Source of the DNA: Candidatus Velthaea sp.
GTDB taxonomy: Bacteria > Vulcanimicrobiota > Vulcanimicrobiia > Vulcanimicrobiales > Vulcanimicrobiaceae
Direction: 5' to 3'
DNA: 64,000 bases
Assembly: GCA_965214935.1 (NCBI GenBank)
Contig: CBDCCS010000022.1
Span: forward strand, 739,104-803,103
Part shown: in pieces, positions 1 through 8,609 of the stretch
How the letters are laid out: every line of letters begins with the position of its first letter
How positions within the stretch are numbered: position 1 is the stretch's first letter
Position numbers and translations under genes: made by a program
The notes under the pieces: generated by a model
What the model was told of the DNA's origin: nothing
Seen by the model: the letters and a program-made list of their open reading frames with translations, nothing else
The model's database searches: none

Positions 1-3000
1 CGGCATAATAGTAGCCGATCGCGCGAATGCGCTCGGCACGTTCGGCGACCGCTTCATCGGTTTCCGCCGCGCCTACCGCTGCGGCGGCCTGGCGAATCAA
101 CGGGACGTACGTCGTACGATCGCCGAGCGTTATCTGCGTTCCGTAGGACGTCGTACGCTGCGCGATCGTCCCTTCGGGCGAACCTTGCGGCACTTCGGAA
201 TACCCGCCGAAAAATTGCAAGCCGGACGTGCCGCGCGCGATGCCGAGCGTTGCGCGCGCGTTGTCAAGCGTCGCGCGCGCGATGCGAACGTCGGGCGATG
301 CGACGATCGCTAAGTTTTGCGCCGCGCCGACATCGATCCGATCGAAGGCGAACGCGCTCGCCGTGTCTTGCGCCAGCACCTCGTGCGGCAGCAACAGGAG
401 CAATGCAAATAATGGAAAGGCAGCCACGTGCATGGCACGCGAACGGCGCGGCGTCCCGAGAAACGTTGCGTACAAGATCGGGATTACGACGAGCGTAAAC
501 AGCGTCGCGGTCGACAGCCCGCCGATGACGGCGATCGCGAGCGGCCGTTCCATCTCCGCGCCCGATCCTAAACCCAACGCCAGCGGAAAGAGACCGCCGA
601 TGGCCGCTAACGTCGTCATGACGATCGGCCGCAAACGCGTCGAGCCCGCTGTTAGTAACGCCGTCGTGACATCGTCACCTTGGGCACGCCGTTTATTCGC
701 AACATCGATAAGCAAGATACCGTTCTTTACGACGATACCGACGAGCAACAATAATCCCATGAACGAAGACACGTTGATCGGTGTACGAGTGATGAAGAGC
801 GCGAGCGCGACACCGATGAGCGCCAGCGGAATCGCACATAAGATGACGAGCGGCAAGCGGAACGAACCGAACGTTCCGAGCATGACGCTAAAGACGAGCA
901 CGATCGCGATGGCAATCACGCTGAGAAACTCGTGAAATGATGCTTGCTGCGTTTCGTACGCGCCGCCGATCGTGGCCGTGTACCCCGGCGGCAGCCCAAG
1001 CCGGCTCAACGCGTCTTTGAGCCCGGCGACGACCGCCGACAACGAGGCGCCCTCAATATTTGCCGTGACCCGGTCAATCCGGCGGCCGTTCTCTTCGTTA
1101 ACGTCGCTGGCTCGCGCCGGAATGTCGACGCGTGCCAGTGCGCCAAGCGTTGTCGCTCCGTTTTTGGTTAACACCGACGTTGCATCGATCGCACCGGCAT
1201 CGGGCGTGCTTCCGGCGACCCGTACGTTGACCGGAATCGTCGCGCTTTCACCCGGAATCTGCGTTGCAACCGCTCCTTGCGCGTGCGCCGATAAGGCATC
1301 GCCGAGATCCGTGCCGTTGATGCCGAGCGCACCGAGGCGCGCGGTTTGCGGCGCGATGCGCAGCGACGGATCGTCGAATACGACACCGTCGAACGAGTCG
1401 ACGACACCGTGCACTTTAGCGATCGCATCGGTCGTTCTGTCGGCGTAGTCGATGAGGCGGTTTTGATCGGGGCCGACGATGGCAATCTCGACCGGTTGCG
1501 GCGCGCCCGACAGATCGTTGATTTGATCTTCGAGCAGTTGATGGAAATCGAGACTTGCCGCCGGAACCGCATCACTAAGCGCGTTGCGTAAGCGTTCGGC
1601 AATCGCGTCGTACGTCGCGCGCTTTCCGCTCGTCAAAGCAACGCGTAGCGTCCCGACGTTGGCTTGCGTCGGTGAAAAGCCGTTCGTGTCGATCCCCGTC
1701 AGCCGGCCGACGCTAACGACATCCGGATCGCGCAGCACAACCTGCTCCATTCTGCCGGCGGCCTCGTCGCTGCCGTTTAACGTTGCCCCGGCCGGCAACG
1801 TATACTTCACCTCGAATTCGCCTTCGTCGAGTTTCGGCAAAAAATCGCTGGGCAGTTGAGCGAGTAATACGACGGTCGTTACAAGAACCGCCGCCGCGCC
1901 GGCGTAAACGGCACCACGGTGACCGAGCGCCCAGCGTAAGACCGGTTCGTAACGCTCGTGCAAACGGTCGCGCCGTTCTTCGTGCGGCATCGAACTACCG
2001 AGTAGCGCCCGAGCGATCACCGGCGCAACGCCGATTGCCAACAACAGCGAAACGATAAGCGACGCGGACAGCGTAAAAGCCAGCGCGCGAAAGAAGAAAC
2101 CGGTGACGCCCGATAACAATCCGAGCGGAACAAAGACGACGACGGTGGTCAGCGTCGAAGCCGCCATCGCACCGGCAATCTTACCGACGGCATCGGCGAT
2201 CGTTCGTGCACGCGGTGCTTGCGGGTCGTCGGCGATGCCGCGCGCGATGGCTTCGATCACGACGATCGTATCGTCGATGATGAGCCCGACGGCAATTGCT
2301 AAGCCGCCCACACTCATGAGATTGAGCGACTGGCCCGCGCGTTCGAGCACGAGCAGCGCGATCGCTAACGCAAGCGGGATAATCGCAGCAGCGACCAGCG
2401 TCATACGGACGCTGCGCAAGAAGAGATAAATGACGATAACGGCCAGCAATGCACCCAGCAGAATCGCATCGCGCAGCGATGTTTGCGAGTCGACGATGAG
2501 CCGCGTCTGGTCCCAGTATTTAACGACGCGCACGTCGGCAGGCAACGCGGATCGGACGGCGCTTAGCCGCGTTTCGACGGCATGCGCCAGGCTGACGGCA
2601 TCGGCACCCGCGAGCGGAAAGGCGTTGAGGACAACGCCGTGTTTGCCGTCGACGGCAGCTTGATCGACGATGGGACCGACACCCAAACGTACGGTTCCGA
2701 GTGAACTCAACAACACCGTACCGCCCGCTTTGAGCGGTATTCCGATCGTCCCAAGCGACCGCGCGTCGTGAATCGACGCATCGATCAAAATTACGAAACG
2801 CTGATGGTACCGTTCGGCCGTACCAACGGACACCACCGTACTCGCGTCGCCGATGGCCGTCGCGACGTCGGCAGCCGCAAGGCCGACCGCCGCGAGCGAG
2901 CCCGGATCCAGTTCGACTCGATATTCTATCGGCGGACCGCCGACAACCGACATTCGGCCCAAACCGGGCGTACCGGCAAACGCCGGGACAACACGCGTCG

Positions 3001-3469
3001 TCACGAACGCATTGAGCGCCGCTTGCGACAGCGCGCGCGACGTCATGCCGTACGAAACGACCGGCTCGGCATTCGGATTAACGATGACCGCCTCGATCTT
3101 ACGCGCGGCCGGTAGCGTCGGTTGCAGCGATGCAATTGCGGATTGCACGTATTGCAAATCGATGCGCGGATCGGTACTCGTATCGAAATCGACGACGATT
3201 TCAGCCGAACCCTGCGTCGAGTTCGCCCGCACGCGAGTCGCCGACGGTAACGTTCCGAACGCCGTCTCCAGCGGCCGGGTGACCGCCACCCGAACTTGTT
3301 CGGGTGTCAGATCGCCGGCGTCGGCAACAACATCGATCCGGGCGAACGACATCGCCGGAAAAATACTTTGCGGCGCAATCAGGTACGATCGAATTCCAAA
3401 AGCGGCTAGAACGAGCGCGACGAAGACGATGACCTTGGCGCGGCCAAGGACGACTTGAGCTACTTTCAC
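1..3469 (-). CDS. RND efflux permease (AcrB/CusA family) fused in frame to a TolC-like outer-membrane efflux domain; 3' end outside window
   Basis: Manual translation from GTG 3469: MKVAQVVLGRAKVIVFVALVLAAFGIRSYLIAPQSIFPAMSFARIDVVADAGDLTPEQVRVAVTRPLE...; RND C-terminus LAIAVIGGLSTATLFTLVVIPILY near 540-470 continues without a stop into MHVAAFPLFALLLLLPHEVLAQD...SPDVRIARATLDNARA. Positions 3469 and 433 are in the same frame, and the ORF track lists no terminated ORF in this frame. Confidence 0.85.
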   Translation of the reverse strand, partial: MKVAQVVLGRAKVIVFVALVLAAFGIRSYLIAPQSIFPAMSFARIDVVADAGDLTPEQVRVAVTRPLETAFGTLPSATRVRANSTQGSAEIVVDFDTSTDPRIDLQYVQSAIASLQPTLPAARKIEAVIVNPNAEPVVSYGMTSRALSQAALNAFVTTRVVPAFAGTPGLGRMSVVGGPPIEYRVELDPGSLAAVGLAAADVATAIGDASTVVSVGTAERYHQRFVILIDASIHDARSLGTIGIPLKAGGTVLLSSLGTVRLGVGPIVDQAAVDGKHGVVLNAFPLAGADAVSLAHAVETRLSAVRSALPADVRVVKYWDQTRLIVDSQTSLRDAILLGALLAVIVIYLFLRSVRMTLVAAAIIPLALAIALLVLERAGQSLNLMSVGGLAIAVGLIIDDTIVVIEAIARGIADDPQAPRARTIADAVGKIAGAMAASTLTTVVVFVPLGLLSGVTGFFFRALAFTLSASLIVSLLLAIGVAPVIARALLGSSMPHEERRDRLHERYEPVLRWALGHRGAVYAGAAAVLVTTVVLLAQLPSDFLPKLDEGEFEVKYTLPAGATLNGSDEAAGRMEQVVLRDPDVVSVGRLTGIDTNGFSPTQANVGTLRVALTSGKRATYDAIAERLRNALSDAVPAASLDFHQLLEDQINDLSGAPQPVEIAIVGPDQNRLIDYADRTTDAIAKVHGVVDSFDGVVFDDPSLRIAPQTARLGALGINGTDLGDALSAHAQGAVATQIPGESATIPVNVRVAGSTPDAGAIDATSVLTKNGATTLGALARVDIPARASDVNEENGRRIDRVTANIEGASLSAVVAGLKDALSRLGLPPGYTATIGGAYETQQASFHEFLSVIAIAIVLVFSVMLGTFGSFRLPLVILCAIPLALIGVALALFITRTPINVSSFMGLLLLVGIVVKNGILLIDVANKRRAQGDDVTTALLTAGSTRLRPIVMTTLAAIGGLFPLALGLGSGAEMERPLAIAVIGGLSTATLFTLVVIPILYATFLGTPRRSRAMHVAAFPLFALLLLLPHEVLAQDTASAFAFDRIDVGAAQNLAIVASPDVRIARATLDNARATLGIARGTSGLQFFGGYSEVPQGSPEGTIAQRTTSYGTQITLGDRTTYVPLIRQAAAAVGAAETDEAVAERAERIRAIGYYYA

Positions 3470-3513
3470 GAACCGTCCGAGCGTGCCATATCAAAATGAC
3501 GACAGCATGAACC

Positions 3514-4191
3514 GTGCGCATTCTCTTTGTTGATGACGACGAACGTTTAACCAACGTCGTTCGGCGCGGACTGGCCGAATCCGGACACGTCGTCGATTGC
3601 GCGCACACCGGCAGTTCCGGTTTACAGTACGCGATGGATCGCGCCTACGATGCAATCGTCCTCGACATCATGTTACCGGAGCTCGACGGCTTTACGATCG
3701 TGCGGCGATTGCGCGCCGGCGGCGCGACCACACCGGTGCTATTTTTAACCGCGCGCGATGCGCCCGAAGACACGATTGCGGGACTCGATGCGGGCGCCGA
3801 CGATTACCTTCGCAAGCCGTTCGTCTTCGGCGAACTCGAGGCGCGGCTGCGTTCGATATCGCGGCGCAGTGCACCGATTGCCAAGTCCGTACTAGTCGTG
3901 GGCGACCTGACATTCGACGTCGGTACGCGCCGCGCGCAACGCGGGACACGCGCGATTGATTTAACCGCCCGCGAAGCGGCGTTCTTGGAATACTTCATGC
4001 GCCATCCGGGACGGGTTCTGACTCGAACGCTCATCGAGGACGCGTTGTGGAGCGTCGATAAAGCCAATGCGTCGAACGTTGTCGATGTGTACGTCCGGCG
4101 TTTGCGTACGAAGCTCGAAGCAAACGGCGAAGTTCGCTTGCTTCACACGCTGCGCGGTGCCGGCTATCGCATCGAGCCGCCGCGTTCGTGA
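3514..4191 (+). CDS. OmpR-family response regulator (CusR/CzcR-like)
   Basis: Receiver motifs ILFVDDD, LDIMLP, GADDYLRKPF; winged-helix end SNVVDVYVRRLR...TLRGAGY. Confidence 0.95.
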   Translation: MRILFVDDDERLTNVVRRGLAESGHVVDCAHTGSSGLQYAMDRAYDAIVLDIMLPELDGFTIVRRLRAGGATTPVLFLTARDAPEDTIAGLDAGADDYLRKPFVFGELEARLRSISRRSAPIAKSVLVVGDLTFDVGTRRAQRGTRAIDLTAREAAFLEYFMRHPGRVLTRTLIEDALWSVDKANASNVVDVYVRRLRTKLEANGEVRLLHTLRGAGYRIEPPRS

Positions 4192-5615
4192 TACATGCGC
4201 TCGCGCTCCGTGACCGACTCGCGCTTGCGTTTGCGCTTGCGCTCGTCGTCGCGTACGGGGTAATTGCGCTGTGCGCCGTTGTCATCGTCGACCGGGCCGT
4301 AACACGTGCCATCGACGGCCGGCTTGCGACCGTGGCACAGGCGATCTACACGATCGCCGGCGACGAACCGGACGAAATCGATAAAAAAGATCGTCAGCAA
4401 TTTGCTTCGGTCGCGAGCGATGCGAGCGGCGCGCTTGTCGTCGCGCATGACGGCCGGCTTGTTTTGGGCACGTCCGACGCCGTACCGGCGTGGTCGGTTA
4501 CGGCGATGCGCGATGATCGCAACGGACGAATCTACTCCGCGCAGTTCGACCGGCAGCCGGTCCGTGCAATCGTGCAACGCCGGCGGACGCATCACGAGCG
4601 CAACACGATCGTCGTTTGGCAGTCTATGCAAATCGTGCGCGACCTCGAACGTACCGTCACGTCGGTGCTCGGCGCTTTCGGCCTTGTCGTCGCCGCCGGC
4701 GGTTATTTTGCCGGCCGTCAGATTGCCCGGCGCGGGCTCCTGCCGCTTACGCGAATTACCGCGATCGTCGCCGATATCGCCGCCCACGATTTAGCGCGCC
4801 GCGTCGGTCCGCAGCCGCAAGCCGACGAACTCGGACAACTTGCCGCGACCTTCGATCAGATGCTCGACCGGTTACAATCTGCCTTTGAGCGCCAGCGTCG
4901 ATTCACCGCGAACGCATCGCACGATCTGCGCGCTCCGCTCGCGACGTTGCGGGCTGAAGTCGATCTCGCCTTACGGCGCGAGCGCACCAGCGCCGAATAT
5001 CGGGCCGCTCTGCACGAGATTGCGATCGATGCCGATCACTTGGATTACTTGATCGATGCGCTGCTTGCAGCCGCCCGCGTCGACGACGGCAACCTTTCAC
5101 TGCAGCCCGTCGACATGGGTCAAATCGCCCGGCGGTCGGCGCTACAGATCGCTCCGCTTGCGCAAGCGAAGAACGTTCGCATCGATAGCGACATTGCGTC
5201 GGGCTGCACGATCTTGGGCGAAGCCGATCTGCTCGAACGCGCCGTGCTCGCGATCGTCCATAATGCCGTCAAATTTAGTCCCGCCGGCGGATCGATCGAC
5301 GTCCAGCTTCAAACCGACGGGAAGCTCGTTCGATTGTCTGTCTGCGACGCCGGGCCGGGATTTACGGACGTCGCGCTCGCGCATGCCTTCGACCGGTTCT
5401 GGCGTGACGACAACGCACGCGGCAGGAGCGGCAGCGGCCTCGGCCTCGCGATTGCACAAGGCGCCGTGCAACGTTGCGGCGGTACGATCGTTATCGATAA
5501 CGCGCGAGAGCAAAACCGCGGCGCTCGTGTCGTCATATGCTTCGCGCGTCACGGCAACGACGGCGCACAGCGCATCGATCGCGAGTCGGTAAGCGCTCGA
5601 ACGACACCGCCTTAG
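4188..5615 (+). CDS. HAMP-domain sensor histidine kinase
   Basis: Two TM segments, HAMP (DELGQLAATFDQML), H-box ASHDLRAPL, N-box NAVKFS, G-boxes DAGPG and GSGLGLAI; overlaps regulator stop by GTGA. Confidence 0.95.
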   Translation: MIHALALRDRLALAFALALVVAYGVIALCAVVIVDRAVTRAIDGRLATVAQAIYTIAGDEPDEIDKKDRQQFASVASDASGALVVAHDGRLVLGTSDAVPAWSVTAMRDDRNGRIYSAQFDRQPVRAIVQRRRTHHERNTIVVWQSMQIVRDLERTVTSVLGAFGLVVAAGGYFAGRQIARRGLLPLTRITAIVADIAAHDLARRVGPQPQADELGQLAATFDQMLDRLQSAFERQRRFTANASHDLRAPLATLRAEVDLALRRERTSAEYRAALHEIAIDADHLDYLIDALLAAARVDDGNLSLQPVDMGQIARRSALQIAPLAQAKNVRIDSDIASGCTILGEADLLERAVLAIVHNAVKFSPAGGSIDVQLQTDGKLVRLSVCDAGPGFTDVALAHAFDRFWRDDNARGRSGSGLGLAIAQGAVQRCGGTIVIDNAREQNRGARVVICFARHGNDGAQRIDRESVSARTTPP

Positions 5616-5862
5616 CTGCGCGCGATCTTTTCCCCAGCTAGAGACGTCGCCGTGCTAAAAGAGCGAATCGTTTCAAACAGCGAAGCGTTTCAAACGATGT
5701 TCGAGATAGCATAGCGTCGACGCGCTCTGTATTGATCTCCTGCACAACGGCAAAAAACTGTCGAGACAGCTTACTTACAAAGCTTTGGCAACGATATTGC
5801 TTAGGCGCTGCGATCCACAACGCATTTTCATAAGGCTCGCGCGAGTTCGCTTAAACGTTGCT

Positions 5863-5876
5863 TGACGTTAACGTCA
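5863..5876. promoter_or_regulatory. Perfect 14-bp palindrome TGACGTTAACGTCA, candidate operator
   Basis: Self-complementary sequence in the AT-rich intergenic region upstream of the LuxR gene; function inferred. Confidence 0.3.
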
Positions 5877-6134
5877 TTTCACCAAAAGGCGGCTTACTTA
5901 ATTGTACAAGCGCTCGTATTGTGTGAACTGCATGTAACACCGCTTATACAATTGTCGAAATTGATGCGTCCGAATAGCAAGCCGTTCATGCGAACCGGTG
6001 GAGGCCCTTTGTAAGCATTTCGTATACAAAAGATACGTGCGGTCGTGCTTTACGAAACGCATCGTTCGTGCATCCGCGCTTGCTTCGCTTGGAGTCGCAA
6101 TTCTGGAAAAATCCGCATTCGGATGTTCGGCGCG

Positions 6135-7610
6135 ATGAACGTCGCCGAAGAACCGGCCGCTCACTCGCCGCAAACGGCTTTTCAGGAAATATACTTTTTT
6201 ATCGCGACCGCGAATGTCGCGCAGATTCATGACAAGATCGCCGAGCTAAAGCGCGATTCTAGCGCTGCTCTACTCTTGCATGCGGTGCTTGCGCAATACG
6301 ATGGTCGCGTCGACCGTGCGCTGCAACTATTTGAGAAAGCCCTTAGCGGCTGCGACGGCGGCGGTCGCGCGTACGTCATCGATCTCATCGCGCCGATTCT
6401 CGTTATGCGCAACGCGTGGGAGCGCTATGATGAGCTGCGCCGTTCGGTTGGATCGACGACCGAACTCGAAGGCTGCTTTCTGGCATTTGACGCCGTTTCG
6501 CTTGCGCGCAGCGGTTCAAAAGCAGCATCGATTTGGGCTGCTGCGCAGGCTGAAGCCGGCGTACACCCGGCAGCCAACGAGTTTTTGCGCGCTCGCATTC
6601 TGCAGCGCGTCGCGCATGCTGCGTACGAACGAGCCGACTTTGAAACGGCAATGGAACAAGCGCTCGAAAGCGCCGGCGGCTTCGAGGCCATATCCGCCGG
6701 TCGCTCGGCAGCCGCATCGTATTCGATCGTCTATAACGTGTTCCATGCCGTGAGCGGCGATCTTGAAAGTGCCGATGCTTATGCGCGGAAAATCGTTGAC
6801 ACCGCGCAGCTGTCCGGCGATCGGTCGTTTATGATGAGCGGCCTCGTCGCGCAGTATGAGATCGCCTCGGAACTCGGCGATCGGGCACGGGCCGAAGCGC
6901 TGCGCAAAGAGATCACTGCTTTCGCGTTACCCAAACAGTATCAAGAACGGTTTGCGCGCGGCATCGCCGATCTGCTCGTGCTCGCTGCCGCCGGCGACTT
7001 CTTCGCCTTTCGCGCAAATGTCGTATTGCTGCGTGACAGCGTTATCTGCGATCGGTCGATGATAGCGCTGACGTCGGCACTCCGATCCTTGGCCGAAGCA
7101 GCTCTCGACGAAGTTGAGGACGCCCGGCGTTCATCGCGGAATGCGCTGGGCCTTTGCACGATACGTGACGCCAACGAACCGGCGTATGCAAAGCGCTACC
7201 GCCGGCTAGCGCGCGCCATAGCCGCATGTACGTGTGCGATCATCGGCGATAACATTCGGGCGCGACGCGCGGTAACCAACGATGCAGATTGTCTGGCACT
7301 CTTGGCGGTGGCCGAAGGCGGCGACTTTCGCTCGGTGCTGCCGCGCATGCGCGGGTATGCATGCGCCGTCGCTGCGGCAGTTCGCGCGGTCGCCCAAACG
7401 CACGGCGGTTCTCCGCTGAGCGCCGCTGAGTTCGAGGTGCTGCGCCTCCTCGCCGCCGGATACTCGGCACCGCAAATCGCTGCAGGCTCGAAGCGCAGCG
7501 TTCACACCGTTCGCGCGCAAACACGCTCGATCATCGAGAAGTTCGGTGTGAGCGGTCGCGCCGCAGCCGTCGCTTTTGCACAACGCAGCGGGCTTTTAAG
7601 CCATATTTGA
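6135..7610 (+). CDS. Large LuxR-family regulator with helical (TPR-like) N-terminal region and C-terminal HTH
   Basis: C-terminal LSAAEFEVLRLLAAGYSAPQIA...SVHTVRAQTRSIIEKFGV is a LuxR HTH; N-terminal region has TPR-like helices (ARILQRVAHAAYERADFETAMEQALE); no Walker A seen. Start uncertain (6045/6123/6135). Confidence 0.85.
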   Translation: MNVAEEPAAHSPQTAFQEIYFFIATANVAQIHDKIAELKRDSSAALLLHAVLAQYDGRVDRALQLFEKALSGCDGGGRAYVIDLIAPILVMRNAWERYDELRRSVGSTTELEGCFLAFDAVSLARSGSKAASIWAAAQAEAGVHPAANEFLRARILQRVAHAAYERADFETAMEQALESAGGFEAISAGRSAAASYSIVYNVFHAVSGDLESADAYARKIVDTAQLSGDRSFMMSGLVAQYEIASELGDRARAEALRKEITAFALPKQYQERFARGIADLLVLAAAGDFFAFRANVVLLRDSVICDRSMIALTSALRSLAEAALDEVEDARRSSRNALGLCTIRDANEPAYAKRYRRLARAIAACTCAIIGDNIRARRAVTNDADCLALLAVAEGGDFRSVLPRMRGYACAVAAAVRAVAQTHGGSPLSAAEFEVLRLLAAGYSAPQIAAGSKRSVHTVRAQTRSIIEKFGVSGRAAAVAFAQRSGLLSHI

Positions 7611-7709
7611 TCGGCCTTTGCGGCGCTCGTAGTCAGATGTGACGCTCGCAGTTTTCTCCGGCGGACCTAAAGTAGGGGCACACCACACCGCCTGACGCCG
7701 GAGAGCACA

Positions 7710-7775
7710 ATGATCGACGCGATCCTCCAGTTGATCCACACGATAATACAAACCGTCCCGATCATTTCCGGCTGA
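7710..7775 (+). CDS. 21-aa hydrophobic peptide MIDAILQLIHTIIQTVPIISG, candidate signalling peptide
   Basis: GGAGAG RBS-like motif just upstream of ATG 7710; TGA 7773-7775 is 1 nt before the next ATG; below ORF-track size cutoff. Confidence 0.55.
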   Translation: MIDAILQLIHTIIQTVPIISG

Positions 7776-7776
7776 C

Positions 7777-7995
7777 ATGAGCGGGGACGACGTCGAACTC
7801 GACGTCGAGGCGCTCAGCGAATTCATCGCCGGCTGCTCGATCGCCGAAATTGCATCGATCTATCGCTGGTCCTTCGCGACAGCTGAAAACCAGCTGCGTC
7901 GAGCAATGATTCGCTACGGCTTTCGCCGCCAAGTGGTCTCACCGTCGCAACGCGATCGCTTCGTGCGAGTCGTGCGACGGATCCGGCGCACCTAA
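7777..7995 (+). CDS. Small 72-aa protein with HTH-like (sigma70 region 4-like) segment
   Basis: GCSIAEIASIYRWSFATAENQLRRAM resembles an HTH; basic C-terminus. Confidence 0.55.
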   Translation: MSGDDVELDVEALSEFIAGCSIAEIASIYRWSFATAENQLRRAMIRYGFRRQVVSPSQRDRFVRVVRRIRRT

Positions 7996-8119
7996 CGCAT
8001 CGTTTGGGTGCACCGCGGCTCCGCTGCTTATGGAGCCGCCGATCAAATGTCCCATCCGCCGACTTTGCGCGGGTGGGCAATACCACCACTCACTCAAGTA
8101 AAGAAAGTACGAGAGCATC

Positions 8120-8260
8120 ATGGATATCGAAGCAATCGCCGCCAACGAAGCCGCCACGACCGAGAATCCCGCCCACAACATCAGCACCAGCGAAGCGCGT
8201 CCCGACGGCATGGTCTTCGCTTGGAGCCACTACTGCATCGCCGTCGACTCGGTCAAATAA
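8120..8260 (+). CDS. Putative RiPP precursor peptide A1 (46 aa) MDIEAIAANEAATTENPAHNISTSEARPDGMVFAWSHYCIAVDSVK
   Basis: Manual translation; 33 of 44 residues identical to the paralog at 8396-8530, with synonymous codon changes in the conserved part; shared upstream TAAAGAAAGTACGAG. Confidence 0.88.
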   Translation: MDIEAIAANEAATTENPAHNISTSEARPDGMVFAWSHYCIAVDSVK

Positions 8261-8289
8261 CGCTCAGGCCGACGAACGGACGACACGAG

Positions 8290-8315
8290 TCGGCATGTCT
8301 TCATCCGCATGCCGA
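8290..8315 (+). promoter_or_regulatory. Stem-loop after precursor A1
   Basis: TCGGCATG-N10-CATGCCGA perfect 8-bp inverted repeat; no U-tract. Confidence 0.55.
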
Positions 8316-8350
8316 TCGAGCCTTAGAACCACCAACAACTGTCACACAAA

Positions 8351-8375
8351 CACACTTCACACTTCACACTTCACT
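8351..8375 (+). repeat. Tandem repeat (CACACTT)x3 in G-poor leader of precursor A2
   Basis: cacacttcacacttcacacttcact read directly. Confidence 0.8.
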
Positions 8376-8395
8376 AAAGAAAGTACGAGTTCAAC

Positions 8396-8530
8396 ATGGA
8401 TATCGATATGATTGCCGCTAACGAAGCCGTCGACAGCGAACACGCCGCCCACAACATCAGCAGCGGTGAAGCCCGCCCCGACGGCATGGTTTTCGCTTGG
8501 AGCCACTACGTTATCGCCGTCGACAAGTAA
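8396..8530 (+). CDS. Putative RiPP precursor peptide A2 (44 aa) MDIDMIAANEAVDSEHAAHNISSGEARPDGMVFAWSHYVIAVDK
   Basis: Manual translation; paralog of 8120-8260; lies directly upstream of the enzyme/exporter operon. Confidence 0.88.
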   Translation: MDIDMIAANEAVDSEHAAHNISSGEARPDGMVFAWSHYVIAVDK

Positions 8531-8548
8531 GACCGGCGCTTAGGGCTA

Positions 8549-8573
8549 CGGGCCGGGTTAACTCCCCGGCCCG
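8549..8573 (+). terminator. GC-rich stem-loop between precursors and enzyme genes (leaky terminator or mRNA stabiliser)
   Basis: CGGGCCGGG-TTAACTC-CCCGGCCCG perfect 9-bp stem, followed by an imperfect T-rich stretch (ctacgtttctgcttatttt). Confidence 0.65.
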
Positions 8574-8609
8574 CTACGTTTCTGCTTATTTTCTGGGAGC
8601 CTACTACCA

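Noticed and set aside
228..3458. Many plus-strand ORFs (e.g. 228-935, 2853-3458)
   Set aside because: Antisense shadows of the minus-strand RND gene; typical high-GC artefacts
3470..3513. AAAATGAC half-site resembling a CusR box
   Set aside because: Second half of the palindrome is missing; too weak to call
8004..8421. ORF-track ORFs 8004-8411 and 8008-8421
   Set aside because: Off-frame overlaps of the two precursor genes; the duplicated sequence is conserved as protein only in the precursor frames
8098..8530. Direct repeat pair as CRISPR or mobile-element ends
   Set aside because: Two ~150-bp coding paralogs with synonymous changes; no spacers, cas genes or transposase
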